A program made the translations under genes and the position numbers. Below are positions 63,017-64,000 of a stretch of DNA of 64,000 bases, piece by piece (positions within the stretch are counted from its first letter, which is position 1; the number at the start of each line of letters is the position of its first letter). The DNA comes from Patescibacteria group bacterium (GTDB taxonomy: Bacteria; Patescibacteriota; Minisyncoccia; Minisyncoccales; JANBVM01), in contig JANBVL010000001.1 in the NCBI GenBank assembly GCA_024238995.1, forward strand, positions 74,059 through 138,058, read 5' to 3'. The notes under the pieces were generated by a model, which did no database searches, was not told where the DNA came from, and worked only from the letters and a program-made list of their open reading frames with translations.

Positions 63017-63697
63017 CTATCCTCCGTATCTTCTTTGTCTTTTTACGTATTCTGAAATTGCCCGATTTAAATCCTTTTTATTAAAATCAGGCCAATATTT
63101 TTTAAAAAAGTAAAGCTCGCTATAAGCAGCCTGCCAAATTAAAAAATTAGAAATACGCTGCTCTTTTCCTGTTCTGATTATTAAATCCAAATCAGAAGTC
63201 CAAAGATTTTGAGAAATATCATCTTCACTAATTTTATCAACAGGAATTTTCTGCTTAATAATGTTTTTAACAGCTTCAACAATCTCTGCCCTGCCCCCAT
63301 AACTTAATGCAAAATTCAAGGTCATGGCTTTATTGTTCTTGGTTAAATCTTCTATTTTTTTAATTGACAACTGAACAGCCTTTGGTAATCTGTCCCTTTG
63401 CCCAATCACTTTTATTTTAATATCTTGTTTAGAGGCTTCCTTAAAATGTGACTGCATTTTTTCAACTAGCTTCATTAAATAATTTATTTCTTTTTTTGGT
63501 CTTTTCCAATTTTCAGTTGAAAACACAAAAAGCGTTAAGGTCTTGACTCCTTTTTCTTTGCACCAATTTATCACCTTTTTAATATTGTCCAATCCCTCTT
63601 TATGACCTTCAAAAGCAGACAATCCCTTCTCTTTTGCCCACCTTCTATTGCCATCTAAGATAATGCCTAAATGGCTTGGAACTTGTTTAATGCTCAT
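63017..63697 (-). CDS. uppS: undecaprenyl-diphosphate synthase (cis-prenyltransferase)
   Basis: HLGIILDGNRRWAKEKGL, LTLFVFSTENWKRP and RTGKEQRISNFLIWQAAYSELYF are canonical UppS motifs. Confidence 0.93.
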   Translation of the reverse strand: MSIKQVPSHLGIILDGNRRWAKEKGLSAFEGHKEGLDNIKKVINWCKEKGVKTLTLFVFSTENWKRPKKEINYLMKLVEKMQSHFKEASKQDIKIKVIGQRDRLPKAVQLSIKKIEDLTKNNKAMTLNFALSYGGRAEIVEAVKNIIKQKIPVDKISEDDISQNLWTSDLDLIIRTGKEQRISNFLIWQAAYSELYFFKKYWPDFNKKDLNRAISEYVKRQRRYGG

Positions 63698-64000
63698 AAT
63701 AAGAAATCGCTTTCTATTTTAAAATTTGTTGGCAGCGCCCATGGAGCTTTAAAACCAAAAAAATATGCTGATTTTGTTGCTAATTTTGAAAAATTAATTC
63801 TTGGTAAAAAAAACCTTTTAAGCTCTTTTTTATATTTTAAAAAATCTGGGAAATTTTTCAATAGAATGTCGGCTCCAATAAGGCCCCAGATGACTCCCCC
63901 GCCTGACCATGGTTTAGTCAATCCTGCAGCATCGCCACATAAAGTGATGCGGTTATTAGATGGTATTATAAGGCCTTGAGGTATTAAAGCTGAAACAAAG
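63694..64000 (-). CDS. FAD-dependent oxidoreductase, geranylgeranyl-reductase family (C-terminal part; gene runs off the right edge)
   Basis: The frame stays open to the window end upstream of the track's TTG start. It reads ...RITLCGDAAGLTKPWSGGGVIWG, the GDAAG..P.SG.GI motif of this family. Confidence 0.6.
   Translation of the reverse strand, partial: FVSALIPQGLIIPSNNRITLCGDAAGLTKPWSGGGVIWGLIGADILLKNFPDFLKYKKELKRFFLPRINFSKLATKSAYFFGFKAPWALPTNFKIESDFLL

Noticed and set aside
1-64000. Alternative genetic code (UGA recoding, as in some candidate phyla)
   Set aside because: Long uninterrupted ORFs are obtained with the standard code. TGA is used as a genuine stop, for example at 25587 and 25990 and in ATGA overlaps, with proteins ending at family-typical positions.

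Overview
AT-rich, gene-dense bacterial chromosome segment, almost entirely minus-strand coding and read with the standard code. The gene content is consistent with a small-genome Patescibacteria/CPR-like organism; this is inference only. Housekeeping core: a dcw-type peptidoglycan block (murG, ftsW, murD, a PP-loop protein, mraY, a D-Ala-D-Ala carboxypeptidase, and murC further on), plus gltX, aspS, efp, thpR, uppS and an HMG-CoA synthase. Four accessory regions stand out. (1) 31.5-40.7 kb holds six tandem paralogs of a single-pass membrane protein with an N-terminal cohesin-like domain, followed by a dockerin protein. A second dockerin protein, another cohesin-like gene and a 2055-aa adhesin-like giant lie at 0-7.2 kb. 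(2) 40.7-44.4 kb holds a chaperone-like protein and two pilin-like proteins that share a near-identical C-terminal module. (3) A ~14.1-kb integrative element (~48.56-62.67 kb) splits a DUF362 gene. It carries a large serine recombinase, a primase zinc finger, a P-loop replication protein, an iteron-rich ori-like site, terS and terL, and its own secreted-protein operon. No portal, capsid or tail gene is recognisable, so it looks satellite-like or highly divergent. (4) 7.5-11.2 kb is a small accessory island cut into cassettes by a three-copy intergenic repeat family, including a two-gene cassette bracketed by perfect 23-bp inverted repeats. Also notable: a pyruvoyl-type histidine decarboxylase fused in an operon with a two-component system, and an AspRS lacking the GAD insertion. 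I found no rRNA, tRNA or CRISPR array.
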